From an uncultured Clostridium sp. (GTDB lineage Bacteria; Bacillota; Clostridia; TANB77; CAG-508): DNA of 64,000 nt. The notes under the pieces are model-generated. The model did no database searches and was not told the DNA's origin. It worked only from the letters and a program-made list of their open reading frames with translations. The stretch is from NCBI GenBank assembly GCA_947572725.1, contig CANPDB010000003.1, positions 2,296-66,295 on the forward strand, read 5' to 3'. Shown here one piece after another: positions 19,378 through 29,843 of the stretch (its first letter is position 1; every line of letters starts with the position of its first letter). Made by a program: the position numbers and the translations under genes.

Positions 19378-19488
19378 ATGATAAAGAAGTATAGTAAAAT
19401 AGAGAAGACATAGAAATATTACTAGTCAGCCGTATTATTTGTTTTCTCACTAAAAGATATAGGAACACGCTGACTAGTAACATAGAAA

Positions 19489-19517
19489 TTGCCAAAAAGA
19501 CCCGTCCCTTTTGGCAG
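19489..19517. repeat. solo hairpin repeat (unit C) of the GGGACGGG-core family
   Basis: TTGCCAAAAAGACCCGTCCCTTTTGGCAG immediately upstream of the sbcD-like RBS. The ORF track's 19489 start runs through it, so the true start is taken as 19531. Confidence 0.65.
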
Positions 19518-19530
19518 AAAAGAGGTAAAT

Positions 19531-20616
19531 ATGAAATTTGTACATATTGCAGATATGCATTTTGATAGTCCTTTTGTAAATCTTTCAGACAAGGGAGAGC
19601 TAGGAGATTTAAGAAGACTAGAACAAAGAAAAGTATTTAAAAAAGTAATTGAATATATAAAAGAAAATAATATAAAATACCTATTTATTTCAGGTGATTT
19701 ATATGAACAAAAATATATAAAAAAATCAACAATAGAATATATAAATAAGCTTTTTAAGGAAATACCAGAAACTAAAGTATTTATCGCACCTGGTAATCAT
19801 GACCCATTTATTAAAAATTCATATTATAATCAGTTTGAATGGAACGAAAATGTTGAAATTTTTAATTCTAGCATTAAAAAAATAGAAACAGATGAAGCGG
19901 ATATTTACGGATATGGTTTTGACGATTACTATTGTACTGATTGTGGAATAGAAAATTTTGAAATAGATAATAAGGAGAAAACAAATGTGTTAGTTCTACA
20001 CGGAACATTAGATGGAGCAAGTATTGAAGATAAGCAATATAATTCTATATCTAAGAAGATGTTGAAGAATAAAGAATTTGACTATATTGCAATGGGCCAT
20101 ATACATAAGCTTGATTATAACACAGAAGAAGAGCAAAGAATTGCATATCCTAGTTCGCCTATTTCCCTAGGATTTGATGAATTAGGAGAACACGGAATGC
20201 TAGTAGGAGAAATAGAAAAAGACAAAATTAATTTAAAGTTTATTCCTTTAGATGAAGAAGAATTTGTAGAGATTGAACTTGATATAACAGATATTTATTC
20301 TAAAGAAGATTTGATAGAAAATATAAATGACCTTGAAATTAAAGAAAATCAATATGTAAAAATTATATTAATAGGAAATAGAAATTTCGAAATAAATACA
20401 TATGAAATTATTAAATTAATTACAAATGATAGAATTATAAAAATTAAAAATAAAACAAAGATAGCATATGATTTAGAAAAGATGTCTAGTAATAATACAT
20501 TAAAAGGACTATTTGTTAAAAAAATGTTAGAAAACTTAAATGGAGATAATGTAAACGAAGAGAAAAGAAAGATAATTGAAAATGCAATTGAAATCGGATT
20601 AGATGCTTTAGAATAA
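19531..20616 (+). CDS. DNA repair exonuclease, SbcD/Mre11 family (YhaO-like)
   Basis: Calcineurin-like phosphoesterase motifs FVHIADMHFD, GDLYE, GNHD, VLVLHGTL and GHIH. Confidence 0.75.
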   Translation: MKFVHIADMHFDSPFVNLSDKGELGDLRRLEQRKVFKKVIEYIKENNIKYLFISGDLYEQKYIKKSTIEYINKLFKEIPETKVFIAPGNHDPFIKNSYYNQFEWNENVEIFNSSIKKIETDEADIYGYGFDDYYCTDCGIENFEIDNKEKTNVLVLHGTLDGASIEDKQYNSISKKMLKNKEFDYIAMGHIHKLDYNTEEEQRIAYPSSPISLGFDELGEHGMLVGEIEKDKINLKFIPLDEEEFVEIELDITDIYSKEDLIENINDLEIKENQYVKIILIGNRNFEINTYEIIKLITNDRIIKIKNKTKIAYDLEKMSSNNTLKGLFVKKMLENLNGDNVNEEKRKIIENAIEIGLDALE

Positions 20617-20743
20617 AAGCTAATATACTATAATTTTAATTAGCTACATGTTCCCAGAAGTTTATATTTTAATATTTTTTTCGAGCTATTTAGAGTAGAT
20701 AATAATTTTAAAAATGGTTCATTCTATTTATACTTAGGAAGGA

Positions 20744-22714
20744 ATGATAGAGAAGATGAAAATAAATAAAATAAAAATAAACAATTATGGAAAATTAAAA
20801 GAAAAAGAAATAGAGTTTAAAGATAAAATAAACATTATTTATGGAGAAAACGAATCTGGAAAGTCAACTTTATTAAACTTTATTAGTAATAGTTTTTATG
20901 GTATTTCTAAAAATAAAAGAGGAAAAGAAATGTCAAACTATGAAAAATATACACCATGGACAGGAGAAGAATTTTCGGGAAAACTAGAATACCAATTAGA
21001 TAATGAAGAAAAGTTTGAAGTTTTTAGAGATTTCAGAAAGAAAAACCCTAAAATATTTAATCAAGACAAAGAAGATATATCAAAACAGTTTAACATAGAT
21101 AAAAATAACGGAAATGAATTCTTTTATGAACAAACAAAAGTAGATGAAGAATTATTTTTATCAACTGTCTTAGTAAATCAACAAGAGGTTAAACTAGGAA
21201 AATCAGAACAAAATATATTAATTCAAAAATTAGCAAATCTAGTTGGTACAGGAGATGATAAAGTTTCTTATCAGAGGGCAATAGATAGAATTAATAGAAG
21301 ACAACTAGATGAAATAGGAACACAAAGGTCTAGAGAAAAACCAATTAATATAGTAGAAAGAAATATTGAAGAATTACAAAGAGAAAAAGAAGAACTAGAA
21401 AAATATGAAGACTTTAAATATGAGATAGAAGAAAAAGAGAACAATGTGAATGAAGATATAACAAATTTAGAAAATGAAAACAACTACTTAAAAGAAATAA
21501 AACTAATGCATGAAAATGAAAAAATCGAATTAGAAAAAATCAAGCTAAAAGAAAATATGAAAAACGAAAACTTACAAAAAGTAGAAACATTAAAAAATAA
21601 ATTAGAAGAGATAAAAAGTAATAACATTTTAGAAGAAAATAATGAAAAAGCAATTAAAAATGATGAAAAAACTGTTAAAAAAGATAAATTAAATAAAGAA
21701 ATAGCTTTATTTTTTATAATTTTAGTAATAATTAATATTGCTCAATTTATATTTAATAAAGAAAATATAACTAAATATATATTTCTCTTAACAATACCAA
21801 TCTATTTAATAATTTCTATATTTATTAAATCTAAAGCAAATAAGAAACAAAACATACAAGAAATAGAAGATAATGAGCTAGAGGAAGGATTAAAACGAGT
21901 AAATTTAGAAATTAGTAATTTGAAAAATGAGATAAATCTATTAGAAAAGAATAATGACTCTTTAGAAGAAGAAATAAATGAATTAAAAAGTAAGTTTAAT
22001 TTAAAAGTAGGTTTGGAAAAAGAAAAGATACAAAATAAGTATTTAACTAAAATAGAAAAAGGTAAATTGGATAAGCTTAAAAATTTAGAAGACATTAATT
22101 ATGAGATACAAGTTTTAGAAAATAAAATAAATGCACAAAAGATTAAATTACATACTTTAGAAATAGATAAGAAAAACATAGAACCAAAATTAGAAAATTT
22201 ATCAAAGATTGAAGAAAAAATAGTTTACAATAATGAAAAAATGTCAACTTTAAAAACATTAGAAGAGAGTATGGAATTAGCAAAAAATATCTTAAGTGAT
22301 TCTTATGAAGAAATGAAAAGTACAGTTACCCCTAAGTTTACACAAAATTTGTCAGAAAATATTTCAAACATAACAGATGGCAAATATACAAATATTAGAT
22401 TTAATGATGAACAAGGATTAATAGTTGAGTTAGAAAATGGTAATTATGTATCTGCAACACAATTAAGTATTGGAACAATAGATCAATTATACTTATCTTT
22501 GAGACTTTGTATGCTTGAAGAATTGTCAGATGAAAAAATGCCAATTATATTAGATGAAGCTTTTGCTTATTATGATACAGAGAGATTAACTAATATTTTA
22601 AAATATATTAATGATAAATTTACTACTCATCAAGTTATTATTTTTACTTGTACTAATAGAGAAAAGGAGATTTTGAATAATTTACATATTAATTATAATT
22701 GCATTAATTTGTAA
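20744..22714 (+). CDS. SbcC-like AAA ATPase with central transmembrane hairpin (YhaN-like)
   Basis: Walker A GENESGKST, long coiled-coil, internal hydrophobic segments (ALFFIILVIINIAQFIF / LLTIPIYLIISIFI), and C-terminal Walker B/D-loop PIILDEAFAYYD. The true start may be 20756 (MKINKIKINNYGKL). Confidence 0.7.
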   Translation: MIEKMKINKIKINNYGKLKEKEIEFKDKINIIYGENESGKSTLLNFISNSFYGISKNKRGKEMSNYEKYTPWTGEEFSGKLEYQLDNEEKFEVFRDFRKKNPKIFNQDKEDISKQFNIDKNNGNEFFYEQTKVDEELFLSTVLVNQQEVKLGKSEQNILIQKLANLVGTGDDKVSYQRAIDRINRRQLDEIGTQRSREKPINIVERNIEELQREKEELEKYEDFKYEIEEKENNVNEDITNLENENNYLKEIKLMHENEKIELEKIKLKENMKNENLQKVETLKNKLEEIKSNNILEENNEKAIKNDEKTVKKDKLNKEIALFFIILVIINIAQFIFNKENITKYIFLLTIPIYLIISIFIKSKANKKQNIQEIEDNELEEGLKRVNLEISNLKNEINLLEKNNDSLEEEINELKSKFNLKVGLEKEKIQNKYLTKIEKGKLDKLKNLEDINYEIQVLENKINAQKIKLHTLEIDKKNIEPKLENLSKIEEKIVYNNEKMSTLKTLEESMELAKNILSDSYEEMKSTVTPKFTQNLSENISNITDGKYTNIRFNDEQGLIVELENGNYVSATQLSIGTIDQLYLSLRLCMLEELSDEKMPIILDEAFAYYDTERLTNILKYINDKFTTHQVIIFTCTNREKEILNNLHINYNCINL

Positions 22715-22780
22715 ATTATTTAGTATCAATTTTATTTAGCAATCAATTAATTTTCTTTTAGTTAATTATATTTTTTAAAC

Positions 22781-22935
22781 TACTCACTCCCAGAGGTTTA
22801 TAATTATATATTTTTTCACTGCCCCAACCTAAAAATTCTAAAGAAAAGTTTTTTAAACTTTTCTAAGAATTTTTGGATGGTCACCCCGGAGTCGTTCAAA
22901 AGGTATATAATTATAAACCTCTTCGCGCTATTTAA
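22781..22935. repeat. MITE-like palindromic repeat (family 1 copy)
   Basis: Left end ACTCACTCCCAGAGGTTTATAATTATAT and right end ...CTCTTCGCGCTATTTAAAT. Internal palindrome AAAAATTCTAAAGAAAAGTTTTTTAAACTTTTCTAAGAATTTTT. Confidence 0.65.
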
Positions 22936-23052
22936 ATTTTAACTTATAATTAACTAAAAGAAAATTAATCGATTGCTATATTAATATTGAAAAATATGCC
23001 AATTTGTGGTAATATTAACAAAGTAAAAACAAAAAGGTAAAGGAGAATTTTT

Positions 23053-24111
23053 ATGTTTGAAAAATTAGAAGCTGTTGAGAAGAGATATGATGAGTTAACA
23101 AAATTAATAGCAGACCCAGAAATAATATCAAACCAAGCAGAATGGCAAAAATTAATGAAGGAACATGCAAGTATAGAAGATATAGTAATAAAATTTAGAG
23201 AATACAAAAAAACAAAACAAGACATGGAAGAAGCAGAAGAACTAATGCAAGACCCTGATATGAAAGAATTAGCAGAAAGTGAATATTACACAGCAAAAGA
23301 AGCATTACCAAAAATAGAAGAAGAACTAAAAATATTATTAATACCAAAAGACCCAGATGATGACAAAAATATCATTTGTGAAATCAGAGCAGGAGCAGGG
23401 GGAGAAGAAGCAGCACTTTTTGCAGGAACATTATTTAGAATGTATACAATGTATGCTGAGAAAAAACATTGGAAACTAGAAGTTCTAAATGAAAACGATA
23501 CTGGACTTGGAGGATACAAAGAAATTTCTTTTATGATTACAGGAAAAGGTGTATATAGTAGACTAAAATTTGAAAGTGGAGTACATAGAGTACAAAGAGT
23601 ACCAGACACAGAAAGTAGTGGAAGAATACATACATCAACAGCAACAGTTGCAATGCTTCCAGTAGTAGAAGATGTGGAAATAGAAGTAAATCCAGCAGAT
23701 ATAAAAATGGAAGTATTTAGAGCTTCAGGAGCAGGAGGACAACATATTAACAAAACATCATCAGCCGTAAGACTAATCCACGAACCAACAGGGATAGTAG
23801 TAGAATGTCAAACAGAAAGATCACAATTCCAAAATAAAGATAACGCAATGAAAATGCTTAGAACAAAATTATATGAAATAGAAAAACAAAAACAAGACAG
23901 TGAGATATCAAATGCCAGAAAGTCTCAAGTAGGTTCAGGAGATAGAAGTGAAAAGATAAGAACTTATAACTATCCACAAGGTAGAATTACAGACCATAGA
24001 ATAGGAATGAGTATTTATCAAATGGAAAACTTCTTAAATGGAGATATTGATGAAATGGTAGATAACTTAATTGCAGCAGACAGAGCAGAAAGATTAAAAG
24101 GTGAAGAATAA
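23053..24111 (+). CDS. prfA: peptide chain release factor 1
   Basis: GGQ motif ([16 protein letters not shown]) and RF1-type codon-recognition region [15 protein letters not shown]; full-length alignment to RF1. Confidence 0.9.
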   Translation: MFEKLEAVEKRYDELTKLIADPEIISNQAEWQKLMKEHASIEDIVIKFREYKKTKQDMEEAEELMQDPDMKELAESEYYTAKEALPKIEEELKILLIPKDPDDDKNIICEIRAGAGGEEAALFAGTLFRMYTMYAEKKHWKLEVLNENDTGLGGYKEISFMITGKGVYSRLKFESGVHRVQRVPDTESSGRIHTSTATVAMLPVVEDVEIEVNPADIKMEVFRASGAGGQHINKTSSAVRLIHEPTGIVVECQTERSQFQNKDNAMKMLRTKLYEIEKQKQDSEISNARKSQVGSGDRSEKIRTYNYPQGRITDHRIGMSIYQMENFLNGDIDEMVDNLIAADRAERLKGEE

Positions 24112-24119
24112 ATAATAAA

Positions 24120-24334
24120 TGTGACAAAAGGGGCGTCCCTTTTTGTCACATAAAAATTATATATTTAAAATGTTATTATATTTTTTATTTGCAACTCCCA
24201 ACTGCACACAGTCTGTAAATTCTTAACAGACTGTAGCTTGTCGGTCCCCACGAAATGTTGCTTCATAAAGAAATATAATAACATTTTATAAAAAACAAAT
24301 TTGTGTGACAAAAAAGGGCGCCCCTTTTGTCACA
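24120..24334. repeat. paired inverted hairpin repeats (pair D) flanking a family-2 palindromic repeat
   Basis: TGTGACAAAAGGGGCGTCCCTTTTTGTCACA (24120-24150) and TGTGACAAAAAAGGGCGCCCCTTTTGTCACA (24304-24334). The first directly follows the prfA stop. The second directly precedes the RBS of the next gene. The repeat at 24191-24255 lies between them. Confidence 0.65.
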
Positions 24335-24347
24335 GGAGGTAAAAAAC

Positions 24348-24890
24348 ATGAAATTATTAGTAGTATCAGATATTCATGGGTCAGGATATTATGCGAAAAA
24401 GATAAAAGAAATTTATGAAAAGGAGCAACCTGATAAATTGATTTTATTAGGAGATTTATATTATCATGGACCAAGGAATCCATTGACGGAAGGATATAAT
24501 CCAGGTGAAGTTGCAAGTATATTAAATGGTCTTAAAGATAATATAAAATGCATTAAAGGAAATTGTGATGCAGAAGTAGATGAGATGATTTCAGAGTTTC
24601 CATTAGAAGATTATATTATTATGGATGTTAATGGGTATAAAATCTTTTTTACACACGGACATAAATACAATATAGATAAACTTCCAAAAGAGGATTTTGA
24701 TATTCTTGTTTATGGGCATTTCCACACAGGTTTTATAAAAGAGAAAGATGGTAAATTGTTTATTAATAGTGGCTCAATTACTTTACCAAAAGATAATACA
24801 GAACATAGCTATTTAATAATAGATGAAGATAAAATTGTGTTAAAAAATATAGATGGAAAAATAATAGAACAAAGAGATTTAAAAGCTTAA
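24348..24890 (+). CDS. metallophosphoesterase (YfcE-like)
   Basis: Motifs LVVSDIHG, GDLYYHG, GNCD and THGH of the calcineurin-like phosphoesterase superfamily; about 180 aa. Confidence 0.7.
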   Translation: MKLLVVSDIHGSGYYAKKIKEIYEKEQPDKLILLGDLYYHGPRNPLTEGYNPGEVASILNGLKDNIKCIKGNCDAEVDEMISEFPLEDYIIMDVNGYKIFFTHGHKYNIDKLPKEDFDILVYGHFHTGFIKEKDGKLFINSGSITLPKDNTEHSYLIIDEDKIVLKNIDGKIIEQRDLKA

Positions 24891-24902
24891 GGAGGGAAAA
24901 TA

Positions 24903-26021
24903 TTGAAAGATAAAAGAATAGAAAAGCTTGCAAATAATTTATTGACTTATTCAATTGATTTAAAACCAAATGAAAATTTATTAATTGAAGTTTTAGGAGA
25001 AGATGGGATACCTCTAGCTAAAGAGTTAATTAAACAAGCAGAAGAAATGAAAGCAAGACCATGTTTCAATATTATAAATTATGAATTATTACGCGAAATG
25101 CTTAAAAATTGTAGCGAAGAACAAATCAAACAGTATGCTAAATATGACTTAGTAAAAATGAAAGATGCAGATGCTTATATTGGAATTAGGGCAAGTAGTA
25201 ATATAGCAGAATTAAGCGATATAGATAATGAGAGGATAGAGTTGTATAACAAATATTATACTTTGCCAGTTCATTTTGAAGAAAGAGTGAAGAATACCAA
25301 ATGGTGTATATTAAGATACCCTAACAATTCTATGGCACAAATGAGTAATATGAGCTTAGAAAAGTTTGAAGATTTTTATTTTGATGTTTGTAATTTAGAC
25401 TATAAAAAAATGTCAAAAGCAATGGATAATCTAGTAAATTTGATGAATAAAACAGATAAGGTACATATACTTGGAAAAGATACAGACTTAACATTTAGTA
25501 TTAAAGGAATACCAGCAGAAAAGTATTGTGGAAACTTTAATATACCAGATGGTGAAGTTGCATCAGCACCAGTAAAAGATAGTGTAAATGGTTATATTAC
25601 ATACAACACAGAAACTTCTTACAATGGAAAGCATTTTAATAATATAAGATTTGAATTTGAAAATGGAAAAATTATAAAAGCAACTTCTAATAATGACGAA
25701 GAACTGAACAAAATACTAGATACTGATGAAGGTGCAAGATATATAGGAGAATTTGCAATTGGTTTAAATCCATATGTCCAAAAGCCAATTGGTGATACAT
25801 TATTTGATGAGAAAATCAAAGGTAGCTTTCATTTTACACCAGGTGATAGCTTAGAAGAAAGCGATAATGGTAATCGTTCAAGTATTCATTGGGACATTGT
25901 AATGATTCAAACACCAGAATATGGCGGAGGAGAAATATGGTTTGATGATGTGCTAATTCGTAAGGATGGAAGGTTTGTATTAGATGAACTATTAAAATTA
26001 AATTCTGAAAACCTAATATAA
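24903..26021 (+). CDS. aminopeptidase, M29 (AmpS / aminopeptidase T/II) family
   Basis: TTG start with RBS GGAGGG. Conserved M29 features: ANNLLTYS..., a DGEVASAP-like region and HWDIV. Confidence 0.7.
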   Translation: MKDKRIEKLANNLLTYSIDLKPNENLLIEVLGEDGIPLAKELIKQAEEMKARPCFNIINYELLREMLKNCSEEQIKQYAKYDLVKMKDADAYIGIRASSNIAELSDIDNERIELYNKYYTLPVHFEERVKNTKWCILRYPNNSMAQMSNMSLEKFEDFYFDVCNLDYKKMSKAMDNLVNLMNKTDKVHILGKDTDLTFSIKGIPAEKYCGNFNIPDGEVASAPVKDSVNGYITYNTETSYNGKHFNNIRFEFENGKIIKATSNNDEELNKILDTDEGARYIGEFAIGLNPYVQKPIGDTLFDEKIKGSFHFTPGDSLEESDNGNRSSIHWDIVMIQTPEYGGGEIWFDDVLIRKDGRFVLDELLKLNSENLI

Positions 26022-26183
26022 TAAATAAAATATTATATTAGGTTTTATGGTTACAGTTTAGTATAGAAATTATTTAATTGCTTCCATATGTTTATACTAA
26101 ACTGTAACATTTTATGTTAAAAACTATAAAGATAATATTTACAACAACATATTAAAAAGATATAATAAATTTAGGTGATGATA

Positions 26184-26930
26184 ATGAAGAAAAAGGAAAC
26201 ATATTTAAATAGACTATTGAATGATATAGTTTTTATAATAATGGGAATTGTAATTTCAATTATTATAGCTAGTGGCTTTTTTTATTTATTTTTTGCAAAG
26301 GATATAGGATTGAAGAATGCTAAAGAAAAAGGAACAAAAGTAATAGCTACAATAGCTGATATAGAAGAACGTGGAAACCCACTTCATAATCCATATGAAG
26401 AAAATCGTTCTATAAGAAATATGACATTAACTTATAGTTATAGAGGAAAGGAATATACAAATGTAACTTCTAGTTCATATAAAAAAGCTAGTATTGGAGA
26501 TGTAATTACAATTTACATTATAGATAATAATCCCAATAATATTGTTGTAGAGCTTCCAAATTCATCATGGATTCCATATTTTGCATTTGCTTTGTTAGGT
26601 TTAATCTTAATTGGTTGTATTTATTCGTTGATTGTAACGATAAAACAATGCTTACTATATAAAAAATCACAGAAATTTACAACTATTACAGGAAACTTTT
26701 CACATATAGAATCACGAAATCATATGGGATATACTAAATATTATATAATTTGTGAATCAGATGAAATAGGAGGATTCAATAGAAGTTTTAAAAGCCATTA
26801 TTATTCTGAAAATCCTTCTGACTTTATAGAAAAGCGTAACAGAAAGACATTTAAAATAAAGTATAATCCAGCAAAGCCAAAAGAGTACATCGTAGATACA
26901 GATGGTTTTGACAACCAATTTTTAAAATAG
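26184..26930 (+). CDS. hypothetical membrane protein
   Basis: ORF with two TM segments; no recognisable domain. Confidence 0.45.
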   Translation: MKKKETYLNRLLNDIVFIIMGIVISIIIASGFFYLFFAKDIGLKNAKEKGTKVIATIADIEERGNPLHNPYEENRSIRNMTLTYSYRGKEYTNVTSSSYKKASIGDVITIYIIDNNPNNIVVELPNSSWIPYFAFALLGLILIGCIYSLIVTIKQCLLYKKSQKFTTITGNFSHIESRNHMGYTKYYIICESDEIGGFNRSFKSHYYSENPSDFIEKRNRKTFKIKYNPAKPKEYIVDTDGFDNQFLK

Positions 26931-26990
26931 AAATCATAGATAAAAAGTTCTAAAAAATGATTAAAAAATTGGAAATTTTTAGAAAATTGT

Positions 26991-27240
26991 TTGACAAATG
27001 CAAAAGAATACGTTACTATTTAATTACAAAATAAATGAACTTTGAATGTCGCTAGTATTCAAATCATAACAGTGTGTGTACCACGAATACACATGCTATT
27101 TTTTGTCAAAAATAGAGCAGACCACGAATATGCTCTACGACTAAATACAGCTAATTAGTCTTAACTTTGTTGTCATCTTGCATTTGCTTATGTTGTTGTT
27201 CTAATTGTTGTTGTAATATAATGTTTTTTTAAATGAATAA
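26991..27240 (+). ncRNA. sigmaA-type promoter plus three-hairpin structured RNA element, copy 1 (upstream of zupT)
   Basis: TTGACA-17-TACTAT promoter (26991-27019) followed by hairpins at 27041-27063, 27073-27093 (loop CCACGAA) and 27114-27136 (loop ACCACGAA). Copy 2 at 29666-29822 keeps all three stems through compensatory substitutions. Confidence 0.5.
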
Positions 27241-27294
27241 AATAAAGCTCTTTAAAATAAACTGTATATAAGAATATTTAAAGGAGTTTTTTTA

Positions 27295-27786
27295 GTGGAA
27301 GAAATATTAAAAACAACATTATTAGGTTTATTTTTTGGAACATTTGGTACTACATTAGGAGGAATTATAGGAGTTATTATAAAAAAACACTCAAATAAAT
27401 TTTTGAGTTCAATTTTATCATTTGCATCAGGACTAATGATGGCAGTAATATGTTTTGATTTAATTCCTGAGGCATTAGGAATTAGCAGTATTTTTAATAT
27501 AATAGTTGGAATAGTAGTTGGTATAATTGCAATGATATTTTGTGATATATTAGTTGAAAGAAAATTCAGTAATACAAAAAGATTTGAAGGAGAAAAGAAT
27601 TCATTATTAAAAACAGGCATTATTGTATCAATTGGTTTGGCAATTCATAATTTTCCAGAAGGATTAGCAATTGGATCTGGATTTGAAGCTTCAATGAAAT
27701 TGGGACTAAGTTTAGCTTTAGCAATTTGCTTGCATGATATACCAGAAGGAAGATTCCAAAGTAGACACCAAGTGAAATATGCTTGA
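27295..27786 (+). pseudogene. zupT: ZIP-family zinc transporter ZupT, N-terminal fragment (disrupted by insertion)
   Basis: GTG start with RBS AAAGGAG. ZIP TM helices up to LHDIPEG, then non-homologous tail RFQSRHQVKYA. The reading frame resumes at 34862 (ISMAVPMKNGG...). Confidence 0.75.
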
Positions 27787-28182
27787 TAAACGATTTGAAT
27801 TTAAATTAAATTTTAAATAGAAAATGCATACGTTATTAAAATAAGTAAAGTATGTATTTTTTTTGCTCAAAATAATTAGATAAATGAAGAATTTTTTGTA
27901 TTAAAAGTATAAAATTTTTGATAATTTGTAAAGTAACAAAATTTGATAGGTATCGAAATGAGCAAACCATTGAAAACAAAAGAGTTTATAATATTGATTT
28001 GATAGTTTTGTGAGTGGAGGTAAGTAGACGATAGCGTATGCTATCGAATATCTTACCATAAGGGACAATTTAGTGATAAATTATAAAAAGAATTTTAAGT
28101 GAACAAATGAAAAGGAATAGAAGATAAAAAAGTTGATTTTTTATTGATTTTAATGTTAATATATATACTAGGAGATTTTTAA

Positions 28183-29106
28183 ATGAACAGAATAAAACAG
28201 AATATAAATGAATTTTTAATGCAATTATGTATTTATTGTATAGTGTTTGTTCCAATAGGAGCTGTTATGATATATGTAAAAGCTAATTTTATAAGTGAAA
28301 TAATAATATGCATTATATCTTTTATAATATTTACATATATTAAAATAAAAATTGAAAAAAAAATAAGAATAAAGCCAATTTTTAATGAAAAATATTATAG
28401 AGATATTCCAAATATAAAACCTGCAATATTGAAATTTTATATTTCTAAAGGAAAATATTATAATGATTATTATGATTTTTATGCTACAATTTTAGATTTA
28501 ATAAATAGGAGATATTTATTATTAAATTTTAAAACAAAAATATTAACAATAAATCAAGGAGCAAATTTAAATAATTTAGAAACATTTGAATTAAATATTA
28601 TTGAATTATTATTTTATAAGAGAAATCAAACAGAGATAGACTTTACAAAACTGAAATATGAATTAGAAAATGATGAATTATTTTATGCAAAAATAGAAGC
28701 ATGGAAAATGCTTGTTATAATAGCAGCTAATAATAATATATATTTAGACACTAATAAGAAAATTGATTTATTAAGAAAAATATCAGGATTAATAGCGGGT
28801 GTTATTCCTTTTATATTTTTAATATTACCTTCAATGTTTCAAATTAATGATATTTGGTGTGGCTTTGTTTGTGCTATCGAAATAGGTGGTTGGTGTTTAG
28901 CAAGTATAAACAATAAAACATATTCAAAAGAAATAATAGAAGAAATTGAAAAATCAAAAGCATTAGCGAGATATGTAAAAGATTATTCAATGATCAAGGA
29001 AAAAGGTATAAATGATGTAGTAATTTGGGAAGGATATTTAGTATATTCAGTTATATTAAATACACCAGATAAAATAAAAAAATATTTCGATGATATATTT
29101 AGATAA
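28183..29106 (+). CDS. hypothetical polytopic membrane protein (possibly DUF2207-like)
   Basis: Several TM helices with long cytoplasmic segments; no enzymatic motif. Confidence 0.4.
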   Translation: MNRIKQNINEFLMQLCIYCIVFVPIGAVMIYVKANFISEIIICIISFIIFTYIKIKIEKKIRIKPIFNEKYYRDIPNIKPAILKFYISKGKYYNDYYDFYATILDLINRRYLLLNFKTKILTINQGANLNNLETFELNIIELLFYKRNQTEIDFTKLKYELENDELFYAKIEAWKMLVIIAANNNIYLDTNKKIDLLRKISGLIAGVIPFIFLILPSMFQINDIWCGFVCAIEIGGWCLASINNKTYSKEIIEEIEKSKALARYVKDYSMIKEKGINDVVIWEGYLVYSVILNTPDKIKKYFDDIFR

Positions 29107-29136
29107 TAAAACATCAAATGTGTTTCTTTATTAAAA

Positions 29137-29598
29137 ATGAAAGGAAGTGTTGTTATGAATTTTTTTAGGAGAAATTCTGGAGCATTAATTATAGTTGGAA
29201 TAATATTAATAATTTTTTATTTTACAGTTTTATTTTATAATAATTTTTATGAAGATAAAATGAAAACTACAGTATTAAGAACTGGAGAGATCCAAGTTTT
29301 TTATGGAGATGGTTTAAAAGATTTAAAAGATGTTAATACTACAGGATTGGATGATATTACATATTATAAAGACATAACAATAGAGATTAATGGAAAAGAG
29401 ACAGTTTTTAAAGATTCACAACAAACTGTAAGAAAATTAGCAAATATAAATGAAGAAATAACTATATATAAAGATAAAAATGGAAATATACAGAGATATA
29501 CAAACACGACAAAGTTTATGAATTTTTTCTGCCTATTTACTGGAATTATTCTATTGAGTACGGCATTTATTAGCAAAATATCAATAAAAAGAAAATGA
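29137..29598 (+). CDS. hypothetical membrane-anchored protein
   Basis: N- and C-terminal hydrophobic segments; alternative start at 29155 with RBS AAAGGAAG. Confidence 0.4.
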   Translation: MKGSVVMNFFRRNSGALIIVGIILIIFYFTVLFYNNFYEDKMKTTVLRTGEIQVFYGDGLKDLKDVNTTGLDDITYYKDITIEINGKETVFKDSQQTVRKLANINEEITIYKDKNGNIQRYTNTTKFMNFFCLFTGIILLSTAFISKISIKRK

Positions 29599-29665
29599 TT
29601 ATCCATCCTTATATTCTAATTGCAAATTTGGTACAGAAAATATTGGAAAATTCTAGAAATTTGAT

Positions 29666-29822
29666 TTGACAAATGCAAAAGAATATGTTATTATTTAATT
29701 ACAAAATAAATGTGTTTGATTTACCAATGGTCAAACTTGTAGATGTAGATGTATGTGTATCCGCGAATGCACATACTTATTTTTTTGCACTAAAAATAGA
29801 GTAGACCGCGAAATCTACTCTA
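29666..29822 (+). ncRNA. sigmaA-type promoter plus three-hairpin structured RNA element, copy 2 (inside the integrated element)
   Basis: TTGACA-17-TATTAT promoter (29666-29694). Hairpins at 29714-29736, 29751-29776 (loop CCGCGAA) and 29799-29822 (loop CCGCGAA). Confidence 0.5.
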
Positions 29823-29843
29823 TCGACTTATGTATGTCTACAA

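Noticed and set aside
19489-19530. ORF-track N-terminal extensions that translate through hairpin repeats (19489 start for the sbcD-like gene; 51886 start for minC; 7029 start for ypeB)
   Set aside because: The extensions consist of the palindromic repeat units (PKRPVPFG, KKPGTVG, RHFWTVPSV) and lack RBSs. Downstream ATGs with good RBSs at 19531, 51940 and 7098 match the conserved N-termini of the respective families.
26049-26108. 16-bp inverted repeat (GGTTACAGTTTAGTATA ... TATACTAAACTGTAAC) after the aminopeptidase gene as a mobile-element end
   Set aside because: It is a single long hairpin with a 27-nt loop directly after a stop codon and has no partner element, so it is most simply a transcription terminator or stability hairpin.
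26991-27240. Assigning the three-hairpin element to a known riboswitch, T-box or Zur/metal-sensing leader class
   Set aside because: I could not recognise a T-box specifier/antiterminator, a Zur box, or any riboswitch core I know. The convergent small ORF in copy 2 argues for an sRNA or antisense module, so I report it as unclassified.
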